A program made the translations under genes and the position numbers. A DNA stretch of 63,637 nucleotides, the filler included, from Octopus bimaculoides (Eukaryota): assembly GCF_001194135.2 (NCBI RefSeq). It is 5 parts of 5 records of this genome, joined end to end, with 100 filler letters (N's around TTAATTAATTAA, not from the genome) between each part and the next. Parts side by side here need not be neighbours in the genome. Positions count along the whole stretch, not along the records: positions 46,399 to 61,542 come from NC_068990.1; positions 61,643 to 63,637 come from NW_026427462.1; 3 more parts are not named here. One strand, given 5' to 3'. This document shows positions 50,184 through 63,637 of the stretch, piece after piece. The first letter of the stretch is position 1, and every line of letters begins with the position of its first letter. The notes beneath the pieces were generated by a model. The model was not told the origin of the DNA and made no database searches. It saw only the letters and a list, made by a program, of their open reading frames with translations.

Positions 50184-52094
50184 AAAAGAAAGGAAGATGA
50201 AGGAAAAGCAGATACCGTTTTGGTTGAATAATTCAATACTAGCTTCAAAAGACTGATTGATTAAGTAATTAATGTTGACAAAGTAAGAGATACGTTTTTG
50301 ATTTAATTTTAGATTTTTATTAGCAGCCATTTTTGTTGAAAACCTCCATGAAAATTATAATGTTGATGCCACAGCTTATTACAGAAATATTTACTTGCAT
50401 TTGTCTAAAAGAATTGCTCTTAAATTTGTGAGTTTCTTTATTAAGTCATGTGAATAATAAACTGTAATCTGCTATTCATAGATATTTTCTCTGGTTGCAA
50501 TATTTGAAAACAGAGCTGAATTCGGAAATCATGTTTCAGTGAGCTTACACTCTTGATGTTTGAATACATTAATATATTAGTATGCATCCGAATTTCTCTC
50601 TCACTCCCAATTTAGTAAAGCCAGCAACCTGTTTGTACTTGCTGTCGTTATCAGTGTTTTTGTTGCTGGTCCTGTTGTTCATGGAGATGATAATGATAAT
50701 TATAATGATGATGATGATAATAATGATGATATTGTTTAGTCCTTGGTACCTCTAATAGACCAGACCTGTGATTAAAGACATTCCATTCTTTACAATCCCA
50801 TATTTTTGCATATCAAGTAATACATTCTACAACGTACAACGTAATGTCCATTAAATTCATACCTCAATGTTAAAAAAAATATCAGGAAAGATAGCAGGTT
50901 GTATGTCGAAGTACATATAATTGTTATTTCCATCAACTCGAACAACTGCGTAGATATGCATCTTATGAAATACGAGAGTTGACAGTAGAAAAAGTGTCCG
51001 GTAAGAAGATTTCTATGAGCTTTTGGTACTGGGAGACAAATATAATAAAGCTTCTTTACTATCCAGCTCCATATAGTTTCACAATGGCTATGCGGATAAA
51101 TCTTTGATTTTGGTATATTCAGAAGTATATAGATTAAGCAACTGAAAGTGAAATCCTGTCACTTGGTACTATTTCAATTAGTGTTTTTTTTTTATTACAT
51201 ACAGTTGTGTATTCATCCCTTTTTTGTGTGACAATAAAAAGGCTCTATTGATTTTATTTATATGTAAACAGAGTCAACTACTATTAAACCTACAGGCGGT
51301 CATTTTACTGACATAAAATAGCGAGAAAATTCCGACAAACCTATGCAATGTTCTTCGAAAATGGGAATGACACAAAGCACAGTATATTTCCTGATGCATA
51401 AAAAATCTGATCCTCGCGTCTATTAATCATAAGATTAGTCAATATGGACATACATGGGTTAAACGACAGCTATAACATAAGTGAAGAGTGCATCATGGTG
51501 ACCTGTAACATTTGAGAATGACACGCGAATCATTAATCAAAATTACGACAACATTTCTAGTAGACAAACACTGCAGAAGTAGAAGATAACGGAAAGATAC
51601 GTAGATACAAAAACACCGACCTATTCCCAGAGCTACGAATACAAGTTCAAGAGACGAAAATATAAAGAAAGGAAAATGAATGAGCATATACGTGGAGTGG
51701 GTGGAGCAAAAAATCAGTTAAAATACTCAGGAAAATCGTCAGGTTAAACTTTGACTGTGAGGCGAAAATATGACCTGAAAATTGGCGAATGAGTTGCAGT
51801 CTAAATTGGTATGGATCCGATTAAATATAAAATGTTGATAATTGTTGCTTTGCTACTATTTCAAGTGAGATTCTAATGTCAGAGGACAGACCTATCTGCC
51901 AATTAAGGTTTAACCATGTAAGTACACCCATCCACCTCCAAACAAGTTCATACACAAGTGCTTTAGTAGAAAATACAACTAATTAAATTATTAATATTAT
52001 AACATATTATAATTATATAAACACCAAACACATACGACTGGATTCTGAAAACTGAAGTAATTTATAAACACACATCCACTTATATATATATATA

Positions 52095-52298
52095 TTCTTT
52101 TATTTGTTTCGGTCATTTTGACTGCGGCCATGCTGGAGCACCGCCTTTAGTCGAGCAAATCGACCTCAGGACTTATTCTTTGTAAGCCTAGTACATATTA
52201 TATTGATTGTCTTGCCGAACCGCTAAGTTACAAGGTCGTAAACACACCAGCATCTGTTGTCAAGCGATGCTGGGGGGACAAACACAGACACACAAACA

Positions 52299-52343
<45 letters not shown>

Positions 52344-52414
52344 NNNNNNNNNNNNNNNNNNNNNNNNNNNNNNNNNNNNNNNNNNNNNNNNNNNNNNNNN
52401 NNNNNNNNNNNNNN

Positions 52415-52459
<45 letters not shown>

Positions 52460-52621
52460 GACGGGCTTCTTTCAATTTCCATCTACCAAATCCACTCACA
52501 AGGCTTTAATCGGCCCGAGGCTATAGTAGAAGACTCTTGCCCAAGGTGCCACGCAGTGGGACTGAACCCGGAACCATGTGGTTGGTAAGCAAGCTACTTA
52601 CAGCACAGCCACTCCTGCGCC
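52095..52621 (-). mobile_element. SINE family B, full length; the internal (TA)n spans a gap
   Basis: Complete head-core-(TA)n-tail arrangement. Confidence 0.9.
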
Positions 52622-53304
52622 TATATGTGTGTGTGTGTATGTGTGTGTGTACTATATTTACTTATAGTTATGTATATATAAATAATGTATGTAAATATGT
52701 CGCAAGCAGAGACTAAATTGGCATTCCTACCAAGCGTGCTTGGTAAGAGTCACTCTGCAGGATGCAAACAACCTGTCAAATGACGGATGAACTCAGAGTC
52801 AACGGCTGAAAGTGAAACCCTTTGTGCTTCTAGACATACTTTCTTGGATGAAATTACGAAATAACATCCGCTTTATGCGAAGCCGGAGATCTTACACTTG
52901 CTTTATTTCTGGACTACTCAGCATTGTAGATGAGACTCTTAGCGGTGTTTTCCAAAGTTTTCCAGATTTTAAGTTTCTGTACGGGCAATGCTGACAAAAT
53001 ATATATATATATATATATACACATGTGTTTGAGAAGATTCAGCAAGCTCGAGAGATGCTAATGGTGAACCGGTTCACCATTACCATCTTTCGGATCACTG
53101 CTCCTTGTTTTCTTTGGTGAACATTGCTAGTGGAGCGGCCAGGCTTACACTGCAAACGCAGAAAGAAAAGTGGTGTGAACAGGCTCAAACTCCGATCACG
53201 TAACCACAAGAGTACCAACTATAAGCACGCATGCCTAGTGTGGTGACAATAATAAAGATATGCTATGGCGAAAGTGCGGATAATATTTGATTTCCCCTCG
53301 AATA

Positions 53305-53463
53305 TGTTAGTGTGTTTACATCCCCCTAATCTAGCAGTTCGGCAAAAGTGATCGATAGAATAAGTACTAGGCTTAGAAAGAATAAGTTCGATTAAAGCGG
53401 TTCTCCAGCATGGCCGCAGTCAAAATGACTGAAACAAGTAAAAGAATAATAGAATAAAAGAAT
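53305..53463 (+). mobile_element. SINE family B, 3' half
   Basis: GTGTGTTTACATCCCC...TTCGGCAAAAG...CCAGCATGGCCGCAGTCAAAATGACTGAAAC. Confidence 0.85.
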
Positions 53464-53475
53464 ATATGTGTGGGT

Positions 53476-53511
<36 letters not shown>

Positions 53512-56458
53512 NNNNNNNNNNNNNNNNNNNNNNNNNNNNNNNNNNNNNNNNNNNNNNNNNNNNNNNNNNNNNNNNNNNNNNNNNNNNNNNNNNNNNNNNN
53601 NNNNNNNNNNNNNNNNNNNNNNNNNNNNNNNNNNNNNNNNNNNNNNNNNNNNNNNNNNNNNNNNNNNNNNNNNNNNNNNNNNNNNNNNNNNNNNNNNNNN
53701 NNNNNNNNNNNNNNNNNNNNNNNNNNNNNNNNNNNNNNNNNNNNNNNNNNNNNNNNNNNNNNNNNNNNNNNNNNNNNNNNNNNNNNNNNNNNNNNNNNNN
53801 NNNNNNNNNNNNNNNNNNNNNNNNNNNNNNNNNNNNNNNNNNNNNNNNNNNNNNNNNNNNNNNNNNNNNNNNNNNNNNNNNNNNNNNNNNNNNNNNNNNN
53901 NNNNNNNNNNNNNNNNNNNNNNNNNNNNNNNNNNNNNNNNNNNNNNNNNNNNNNNNNNNNNNNNNNNNNNNNNNNNNNNNNNNNNNNNNNNNNNNNNNNN
54001 NNNNNNNNNNNNNNNNNNNNNNNNNNNNNNNNNNNNNNNNNNNNNNNNNNNNNNNNNNNNNNNNNATATATATATATATATTTATATATATACGAAGTAC
54101 TATACGAGAGTGTGTTTCGGTGCTACGACAAAGACTGAAACATGTAGATGTCGATGCGTCGCACAGCCGCAACGCACAATATGCCTGCTAGTTAGATGCC
54201 GATATCTTCACGTCACCGAAGTGAGAATTATATATGAGTGTATCGATGTTCTTGTGTGTGGACGCGAGTGTGCGTATGCGTTTGCCTCTGTGTGTGTGTA
54301 GGTGTCTGCATGTGTATTTGACTACAAAACAACTTATCTCAGGAAATGAACTATGTAAAATTTTAATGAAAATTTTTATTTCGAACACAAATAGAATTTG
54401 CAGAATCGATCTTCTGAATTAACAGGCTTCCTTCACAATGTCTCGTGCAATTATACAATTTTGTAGGTTACAAAACAATTGTATTAGTAAGAAAACACAC
54501 ACACACATATATGCAAGTAAATGAAAGCGTGTTAGCGTGTGTGTGTAAACTACGTCCGAGGTATGTTGTACTTTATTCAGCTGCTGCAAATTTTACTTTT
54601 CTCTCAATATTTCCAGTGATATTATTTGGCTTCTGTCTTGACAATCTTAATAAATTCCGAGAGCCAGAGATTTCGTTCCTATGTAAAGTATCTAGCCACT
54701 ATGTACCTTTTTGTAATATCCACTTAATCAGTCAGCACTCATCTTACACATGTTTCTTCGTTCTGTGAATTACTAGTGTCTTTTTGAGCAGCAACATTCC
54801 TGAGCCATAATTATAAATTATTTATTCCTTCTTTGAATAAAAAGTCATACAATAAGATGTAGGGCTGTTTTTGTTACATCTAAGTTTTTTTCATTTTTTT
54901 TCAGAATGGTCAATTCTGTGTAGATTCTAATTAGAATCATGTATTTATTTTCTCGAGGATGCTTCGAATTAAAATTCTTCCAACCGTTATTTTACATTTA
55001 TTATTACAGCTTACTCCAGTCGTCTAATATAGAGGATGGAAAACCTTTTGCTTTCCTTCTTTCCTTCTTGATAGAAGAGTTACATCTCTGATAGAATATA
55101 ACCGATTTTAAAACTTACTGTCTTTTACATTGCGTTTAAATACTTCTAGGTTAAATTTAGGATTTATATTTCTTGATCAGTAAAAGATCATCCTAATACT
55201 TTTGTAAAGTTTTATATTCTTATTTATAGTCAATATACACTATTAATGTAAGTATTCTTCGATTGTTTTCCTTTGGTGCTGTGTAGGCCAGGATCGAAAC
55301 TGACTGACAAGACTCGTGTGCAACTGCGTGAGTTTCAGTCATGGAAAATGCCTACTTTTTGACTGCGAGTGACTGCACTCTGCAATACATAGGTTTTTAA
55401 TTCAGACAGCTAAGTACAATTCAATAGGTATTTTCAGCAGCTACAAATCACATAAGGTCATCTACATACACGAAAAGGCATAATAGATAAGCTAGTTTTA
55501 CTTAATCCCCCATATTACAATGAAAATTACGTCGAGAATTCGTTTAGTTATAGGTTTCTTCAATGGCAGCTTCCTCCTCCTTCCTCTCCACCACCTCCTT
55601 CCACTCCACCACCTCNNNNNNNNNNNNNNNNNNNNNNNNNNNNNNNNNNNNNNNNNNNNNNNNNNNNNNNNNNNNNNNNNNNNNNNNNNNNNNNNNNNNN
55701 NNNNNNNNNNNNNNNNNNNNNNNNNNNNNNNNNNNNNNNNNNNNNNNNNNNNNNNNNNNNNNNNNNNNNNNNNNNNNNNNNNNNNNNNNNNNNNNNNNNN
55801 NNNNNNNNNNNNNNNNNNNNNNNNNNNNNNNNNNNNNNNNNNNNNNNNNNNNNNNNNNNNNNNNNNNNNNNNNNNNNNNNNNNNNNNNNNNNNNNNNNNN
55901 NNNNNNNNNNNNNNNNNNNNNNNNNNNNNNNNNNNNNNNNNNNNNNNNNNNNNNNNNNNNNNNNNNNNNNNNNNNNNNNNNNNNNNNNNNNNNNNNNNNN
56001 NNNNNNNNNNNNNNNNNNNNNNNNNNNNNNNNNNNNNNNNNNNNNNNNNNNNNNNNNNNNNNNNNNNNNNNNNNNNNNNNNNNNNNNNNNNNNNNNNNNN
56101 NNNNNNNNNNNNNNNNNNNNNNNNNNNNNNNNNNNNNNNNNNNNNNNNNNNNNNNNNNNNNNNNNNNNNNNNNNNNNNNNNNNNNNNNNNNNNNNNNNNN
56201 NNNNNNNNNNNNNNNNNNNTTATATGTATTTCTTCTATCTTAATGAACAAAAATTCTTCGGATAGAATAAATGGGTTAATAGAAACCAATGTAGCAAAGA
56301 ACACAAAATAACTGTGGTGTAGTTCCTGTTTTTAAGGCAGAAACTCCTTGAAATTTTGGGTATTTGAGTATATTTAAAAGTTTAAGGAGTTGAGAAAACG
56401 CATGTTACATGTAGGAATAAAGTATGCGATTATAACATGCGTTTTCTCCATTCCTTAA

Positions 56459-56499
<41 letters not shown>

Positions 56500-56696
56500 T
56501 GAGAGAGTTGGTATGTGAAAGAACGTGGTTGGATGTATAAAATATAAAACAAAGTGAAAAAACTACAGAAAACTTGTGTTATATGGTTAAAGTATACATT
56601 TAAATCGTTATGTTAGAAAAATGTTATAAACTTTTGCGTATAGTGAAATTGTTTTTGGAGGAATAACCTGTTTCGTATTTTCTTTTCAAACTTATG

Positions 56697-56792
56697 AAAT
56701 TTCAAATTGCTTTATCAATTCATCAAATTTCAAATTGCTTTATCAACTTATCAAATTTCAAATTACGTTATCAATTTATCAAATTGCTTTAT
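56697..56792 (+). repeat. 28-bp tandem repeat, about 3.4 copies
   Basis: Unit AAATTTCAAATTGCTTTATCAATTCATC. Confidence 0.9.
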
Positions 56793-56949
56793 ATTTTTTT
56801 CAATGAAATGAGTTTCCTTATTTTAAAATGTTAGAAATGGCTAAGTTTTGGCTTATATTTTTTAATGAAGAAGGTTTCCTTATTTAATCTAACTTGTGTT
56901 GGTGTTCCAATGGTACATTGATAGAATGGAAAGATTACAATTTGTGGTA

Positions 56950-58180
56950 GTATTTGCTTTGCGCATTTCTCAATATGTTCACTAAAGGGTATCATTCTGT
57001 ATTCTGGGAATGCAATCTACTGTCGATGCAGAGTGCATCTGCGTCTGAGCGATCTCCCGTGGACCCTATGTAGTTTTGGTGGCAGCCCGAGCATATTATA
57101 ACATAAATCAAGTTTTCTGAAGCACAAGTAAAGTCAGATTTGATTTTGAATTTTTGTCCCTCTTTGAAAAGGAATTCTGATCCTTCTAGAACGTTTGGGC
57201 ATGTTGCGCAATTTGGTCGACCACCTTTTTTCACTTTTGCATCCGTTATTTTAGAAAATAATTTTGCTTTATGAGGATCTTTTTTAGTGATTTCGGTTGT
57301 GTGTGGTTTTTAATGATTTTTATGTATGTGTAAAATTTCCTTTAATTTGGGGTCCTTATGTAGCATTGGTAAATTTGGGGTGATGATCGTGAAGACTTCC
57401 TTGCTTCTGGGGTTGTATGTGGATATGTACGACAGTATTTTGGGGGAAGGTGTGTTGCTGTGCTGAAGGTTTCTATGTCGATTTGAGTTGCACGTCTGAT
57501 TCTATCCTCTATGAGTTGAACTGGGTAGTGTCAGTCAATTAGGATGTCTTTGAGTTCTTGTATTCTAAAGTCTCTGTTTTTTTTTGTTCTAACACTATTA
57601 TTGCAAGGTTGAAGGGGATGTCTGTTTTGATGTGTCTTGGGTGGCATGATTTAGATAGTAGATATTGTTTGGCTTCTGTAGTTTTGTAAAATATGTCTGT
57701 TTCTATTTTTTAGGTTTATTTTTTAATTAGTATATCCATGAATGGGAGCTCATTTTGGTTGTACTCCATTGTGAACTGTATGTTTGGGCTGACGCTGTTC
57801 AATAGCCTTTTGAATTTCAGGAGTTTATTTGTTTTCATTCCGGAGTATGAAACAGTCGTCTAGGAATCTTTTCCAATTTTCTTTTATGCATTGGGAAAGG
57901 GGGTTTCCAAAGGTAGATAAAGATTCCTGGTATATGATTATTTCCAGGTAGCTCATTGTGCGCATAGGAATTCCGGATTTTTGTCGGTAAAACGTATTGT
58001 CAAATATGAAGTGGTTGTTTCGTAGGATGAATTCAACCAATTTAGTTAGGAATTCTTTACTGATCCTTTTTGGTATTTCTTCCGGAAATTGGTCCAGCCA
58101 GACTGAATTACTGACGTTTCTCAAATTTTACAAGTATTTTGCCCGGTTCATCTTGTGGGTAGAACAAGGTGCTTGCAATG
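56950..58180 (-). pseudogene. Penelope-like retroelement: RT plus GIY-YIG endonuclease, decayed
   Basis: EFILRNNHFIFDNTFYRQKSGIPM...WKRFLDDCF for the RT. GRPNCATCPNV...FKIKSDFTCASENLIYVIICSGCHQNYIGST for the GIY-YIG domain. Confidence 0.9.
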
Positions 58181-58519
58181 TACGCATGATGTAATAATAT
58201 ACTCCTTTGCATATGATGAGGCATATTTATGGACGTTTTCACTGGCTGGTCGGAGAAACTTTGTGTAAAAGAAGTTGGCGAATGAGGAGAAAGATAATTA
58301 AGGAAAAAGTAGGAGAAAAAGAAGCAAATGTCTATAGGTTGTCTATGTGTATGTATGTAAATACATTTATACGTATATATGAGTATATGTATATATTAAG
58401 ATAAGTGATGGTGTGTTTAATTTTCTTGAATATACAAATGAATAGCTATTTTTATGTACTCGTATATAATGATTTCAAATGTTGGCACAGGAACAGTAAT
58501 TTCGGGGAACGGACTAAGT

Positions 58520-58610
58520 CAATTACATCTATCTAAATATGTAACTGATACCTATTTTATCGACCCCGGAGGGGTGAAAAGTAAAGTCCTCTTGGGTGAA
58601 AGTTGAACTA
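58520..58610 (-). mobile_element. Degenerate SINE family A fragment
   Basis: TAAGTCAATTACATC...TTTATCGACCCCGGAGGGGTGAAAAGTAAAGTC. Confidence 0.6.
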
Positions 58611-58619
58611 TTCTCACAC

Positions 58620-58995
58620 CAGGACTACATCGAAAAAGCGTTATGTTCTCTGTTTAGTGGGACAAGATAGTTTTTTGCAGAAAAAGTGCCAAGCATTGGT
58701 CAGTCATAAATTGTTGTTCCTCCTACTCAATAATGCAAAACCACACTTGACTCATGTCACTCAGGAAAAGAATATAGCACTAAATATGGAAGCTTCGGTC
58801 AGTCTTGAGTTTTTCTCAATGACTATTATCTTTTCACAATATTGCAATATCGTTTAGCGGGAAAACATTTCATTAATTGTAAAAAGGCAAAAAATAATAG
58901 TGTGTCCATGTGCTTCAAAATCTGAAGAATTTTACGCGTAATTGAGCAACATTTTGCGAAATAGATGGAATTATATTGATTGAATATATCAATTA
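58620..58995 (+). pseudogene. Mariner transposase C-terminal fragment
   Basis: QALVSHKLLFLLLNNAKPHLTHVTQEK...NDYYLF..LQYRLAGKHF...EFYA...RWNYI resembles mariner LLHDNARPH...SDYHLFRSL..GKKF...FY..GI..L..RW. Confidence 0.75.
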
Positions 58996-59384
58996 AGATA
59001 AAAGAAGGATTTGTTTCTTTTCCATCTGGAAATACGGCAGGACATGTTCCCTTCATTTAACATTTCTTTTATCTTAATTTGAACTATTTTATTTAAATAT
59101 TTTCCCTATTAGAAATCTGAGTGCATTACAATGAAAATTCTTAACACAGAGATAAAAGGATTCTGTGTCGAGACTCTCAAACATAGTCCACCAATGTGCG
59201 AATTTTACAGAGAAATATTTTCACTTTTTCACGAATCAACACATAAAGAGAAATTATTTCCTCTAATGCGAGAAAATTCTTGGAGATCTAATTATCGATT
59301 TAGCTCTTATTTAAGTTTGCAGGATATCAATGATAAAGGTTCGAAGCACTTTTAGAATAGACAATTTGTTCCTTTCACACCTTT

Positions 59385-59544
59385 TCTGTCTGTCTGTCTG
59401 TCTGCTTGTCTGTCTGTCTGCTTGTCTGTCTGTCTGTCTTTCTGTGTGTCTGTCTGTCTTTCTGTGTGTCTGTCTGTCTTTCTGTGTGTCTGTCTGTCTT
59501 TCTGTCTGTCTGTCTGTCTGTCTGTCTTTCTGTCTGTCTGTCTT

Positions 59545-59575
<31 letters not shown>
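59385..59575 (+). repeat. (TCTG)n array with a 20-bp higher-order unit
   Basis: TCTGTGTGTCTGTCTGTCTT is repeated three times within the array. Confidence 0.9.
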
Positions 59576-59891
59576 ATATATATACCGTTTAGTTGAAATC
59601 TAGTGTTTTATCTCTTTTAATATCCAAAGCCTTTTAGGTTTGCTTCTATTTACTAATCCCAGGCTTACGTTTCTCTTTTAGTCTGTAAAACTGTACAATT
59701 AGTGTTAATGAGTTAACACTAAATGTATTTTGAACATCGACAAAATTTTAGAGGTAAATGAAAATAGATGAGCGAAAGAAACACTGAAGATGTTTAAAGA
59801 CGTAATGGGTTAATACTTATGTAGATAAAACAAAAAAAATGCAAGCAATAAGCTGATAGGGGTGTAAGTAGTAGCATTTTACATAATATGA

Positions 59892-59933
<42 letters not shown>

Positions 59934-61703
59934 TTTTATGGAAAAGAACCAAGGTTCATGAACTCATCGATGAAAATCCACTGTCACATATAATATATAT
60001 ATATATACACGATCATTATATCTGGTTAAAGCAGATTGAATCAAATCCGATATATTCATATATCTTATATCTGATTTTGTGAATCATCATGTTGAAGACA
60101 GAGGTTTTGCATTCGGTTACATAATTCGAAACAGCTGTTAAATTATATTTTGATGTAAAATACTTCGTACAAAAAAAAAAAAAAATTTAAATAGCATGAA
60201 GAAAAAATCTCGTAAGACCTCTAGTAGATGATCTATATGAATAGAATTACGCGTATTTATCAATGACGTTGCAGTTGGTGCCATGATTTACGTTCCATTT
60301 TCTTTCAATTTATCTTATCAATATAGTATAGGTATCATATTCCAACTCTGGATAGTAAGGTACTGAATATGGATATCTACAGCAATCAGACTGGTAATTC
60401 TCTTTCACTGCACGTTTTAGGTCCTTGGACTGAATGTAAGGCAAAATATTTTATTGAAAAATGAACTACGACATTGTATTGCCATAAAAGAAATGGATCC
60501 GTAACGCTTGTGTTCATGATTCTATCATGCGTATATCTTACATTCGCGTAGACCTCATCAATTCTGTTTAATTTCTTATTTCAGAGAGAATATTTTTAGT
60601 CTTTCTAAGTCTTCAGTGAGCGTTGTAAGATGTATGACAATGGTATGGTTATTCTACATTTAGTAGTACATTTGAAAATCAGTTACTGATTTGGGGAGAA
60701 CGTTCTCAGTGGATCCTGTTCTAAAGAGAAATGCCGAGAAATGTATCAAGTGAAACGTGGAATACTTGTAAAGGAAGTAATAACAGAAAACAAATGTGCT
60801 GCAAAGAGTATATGTAGGATTTGGAATGTAGATGTAACTTTCAGAAAATCAAAGACATTACGAAATGCAAAAGTACAACGAGGACATACATTCAATTGGA
60901 AACTAGCTCTGTGGGCGTGTGTGTGTGTATGTGTGTGTGTTTGTGTATGTGTGTGTGTGTGTATGTGTGTGTGTTAAAAGTATATGTGTAAGTGAGATTA
61001 AAGTTTTAATTTTACCAGGTGAGTAATCAGCTTTCATCCTCGACATGATGGACATGTGTGTGTCAGGAGAGAGGCAGGCGCATAATTTCCTATTTAAGAA
61101 CAGTGTACTCATTTTCGCCTTACGACAAGTCTCGAGCATGAAAATTTTTTCAAAGCTGAAAATGAAACCTCAATCTTGAGATTCGAATTTTATTCGATTT
61201 TTATACTATGTGGGTTTGATTGGGAATATAAGATTTTTTCTTATTATCTAGATATCAAAGAAATCATTTTGTGGGAGATAAAAACAAATTGTGATTTGAA
61301 TTAAACTAAATATATTATGAGTAATATTTTGTTGACATTACTATGTTGAAAGTAAAAACGACTTAGTTGAAATTTATTTGAATATAGACTTATTCATGGA
61401 CAGAATTAATATACTCTTACATTAGTCTCAATGGCAAATCCAGTAAATAACTGCAGTAAATTACATATTGACTATATTGGAACAAAATTTATTGATGGGG
61501 ATAAAAGGTTACTATCAATAGGTAGTATATATATATATATATNNNNNNNNNNNNNNNNNNNNNNNNNNNNNNNNNNNNNNNNNNNNTTAATTAATTAANN
61601 NNNNNNNNNNNNNNNNNNNNNNNNNNNNNNNNNNNNNNNNNNTATATATATATGTGTGTGTGTGTGTGTTGTGTGTGTATGTATTTGTATGTATGTATTC
61701 AAT

Positions 61704-62097
61704 TTTCTTTTATTTGTTTCAGTCATTTGACTGCGGCCATGCTGGAGCACGACCTTGAGTAGAGCAAAGCGACACCAAAACTTATTCTTTGTCAGTCTAG
61801 TACTAATTCTGTCAGTCTATTTTGCCGAACTGCTAAGTTACGAGGTCGTAAACACACCAACATTGGTTGTCAAACGATGGCGTTGGGACAAACACAGATG
61901 CGCACAAAAATATATACATATAAATACATATATACGACGGGCTTCTTTCAGTTTCCGTCTACCAAATCCACTCACAAGGCTCTGGATGGCCCGAAGCTAT
62001 AGTAGAAGACACTTGCCCAAGGTGTCACGCAGTGGGACTGAACCAAGAATCATGTAATTGGTAAGCAAGCTTTTTATCACACAGCCACTCTTGCGAC
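61704..62097 (-). mobile_element. SINE family B, full length, short internal microsatellite
   Basis: Colinear with 52095-52621. Confidence 0.9.
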
Positions 62098-63637
62098 TAT
62101 ATATACTTTATTTAACATTAGCAGAAATATAACAAAAGCTGTTACTCAGAGTTTAACGTTCCCGTTCGTCGGACAGTTTTGTTAAAATAGAANNNNNNNN
62201 NNNNNNNNNNNNNNNNNNNNNNNNNNNNNNNNNNNNNNNNNNNNNNNNNNNNNNNNNNNNNNNNNNNNNNNNNNNNNNNNNNNNNNNNNNNNNNNNNNNN
62301 NNNNNNNNNNNNNNNNNNNNNNNNNNNNNNNNNNNNNNNNNNNNNNNNNNNNNNNNNNNNNNNNNNNNNNNNNNNNNNNNNNNNNNNNNNNNNNNNNNNN
62401 NNNNNNNNNNNNNNNNNNNNNNNNNNNNNNNNNNNNNNNNNNNNNNNNNNNNNNNNNNNNNNNNNNNNNNNNNNNNNNNNNNNNNNNNNNNNNNNNNNNN
62501 NNNNNNNNNNNNNNNNNNNNNNNNNNNNNNNNNNNNNNNNNNNNNNNNNNNNNNNNNNNNNNNNNNNNNNNNNNNNNNNNNNNNNNNNNNNNNNNNNNNN
62601 NNNNNNNNNNNNNNNNNNNNNNNNNNNNNNNNNNNNNNNNNNNNNNNNNNNNNNNNNNNNNNNNNNNNNNNNNNNNNNNNNNNNNNNNNNNNNNNNNNNN
62701 NNNNNNNNNNNNNNNNNNNNNNNNNNNNNNNNNNNNNNNNNNNNNNNNNNNNNNNNNNNNNNNNNNNNNNNNNNNNNNNNNNNNNNNNNNNNNNNNNNNN
62801 NNNNNNNNNNNNNNNNNNNNNNNNNNNNNNNNNNNNNNNNNNNNNNNNNNNNNNNNNNNNNNNNNNNNNNNNNNNNNNNNNNNNNNNNNNNNNNNNNNNN
62901 NNNNNNNNNNNNNNNNNNNNNNNNNNNNNNNNNNNNNNNNNNNNNNNNNNNNNNNNNNNNNNNNNNNNNNNNNNNNNNNNNNNNNNNNNNNNNNNNNNNN
63001 NNNNNNNNNNNNNNNNNNNNNNNNNNNNNNNNNNNNNNNNNNNNNNNNNNNNNNNNNNNNNNNNNNNNNNNNNNNNNNNNNNNNNNNNNNNNNNNNNNNN
63101 NNNNNNNNNNNNNNNNNNNNNNNNNNNNNNNNNNNNTATATATATATCAAAGAAGGTGAAAGAGAAAATAGAAAGCCTCGGGCAATTCGAAAAATTTTAT
63201 AAAACTTGTATATTTCAGGCGTAAAGGTCCACCTTCAGAACAAAATGTTTGGGAAATATCCAGTTGTACGAATTCCCTTAACCCATTCGAATCCCATAGC
63301 GTTGTGTAGCAGCAGCAGTCACTCTCCTAACGTAGGTGTAATCGACACTTCAAGCGTTGGTGCATATATATATAGAGAGAGAGAGAGAGAAAAGGAGAGA
63401 GGGAGAGATTGAGAGAGATGCCTGCTTGTATGTACTGGTATATATATATGTATGTGTGTATATATATATGCATGTATATATACGCATACACACCACCACA
63501 CATGTATACGCATATAAATAAAAGAAATACGTGCATGCATACATATTTCCATATGTGCATACATATATATACACAATATATATATACATTATATATACAC
63601 AAACGCAAAATACATGCACATTCACAAGCATGTATAT

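Noticed and set aside
61005-61025. TTTTAATTTTACCAG|GTGAGT, resembling a recursive splice site
   Set aside because: A single short motif on the strand opposite the candidate gene. It cannot be distinguished from chance without RNA data.

Overview
This is eukaryotic, AT-rich, repeat-dominated DNA from a gapped draft assembly. It has many N runs, four of them 100-nt spacers built as 44N-TTAATTAATTAA-44N. The microsatellite density and the SINE families suggest an octopus (cephalopod) genome; that is an inference and was not searched. Nearly every ORF in the supplied track is a microsatellite or N-run artefact. The supportable content is: many copies of at least five tRNA-headed SINE families; decayed RTE, R4/Dong (restriction-like endonuclease) and Penelope-like retroelements; Tigger/pogo, mariner and Helitron relics; a hAT MITE; and a ~200-nt 28S rRNA fragment. 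No intact protein-coding gene family is recognisable. A two-exon, phase-compatible 76-aa ORF is predicted on the minus strand at 47303-47719, and one more candidate exon at 2858-2950. The most interesting observations are: (i) Penelope-type minimal hammerhead-ribozyme-like motifs, two of them in tandem 403 nt apart in a retrozyme-like layout (34233-34663); (ii) an 821-bp foldback transposon with a perfect 8-bp TSD whose centre is inverted telomere-like TTAGGG/CCCTAA arrays; (iii) the RTE it interrupts, which has a twin-priming-type 5' inversion; (iv) a 28S rRNA piece joined to a Tigger transposase; and (v) a SINE family with an internal microsatellite slot. All family assignments come from reading translations by eye and from recalled motifs, not from database searches.
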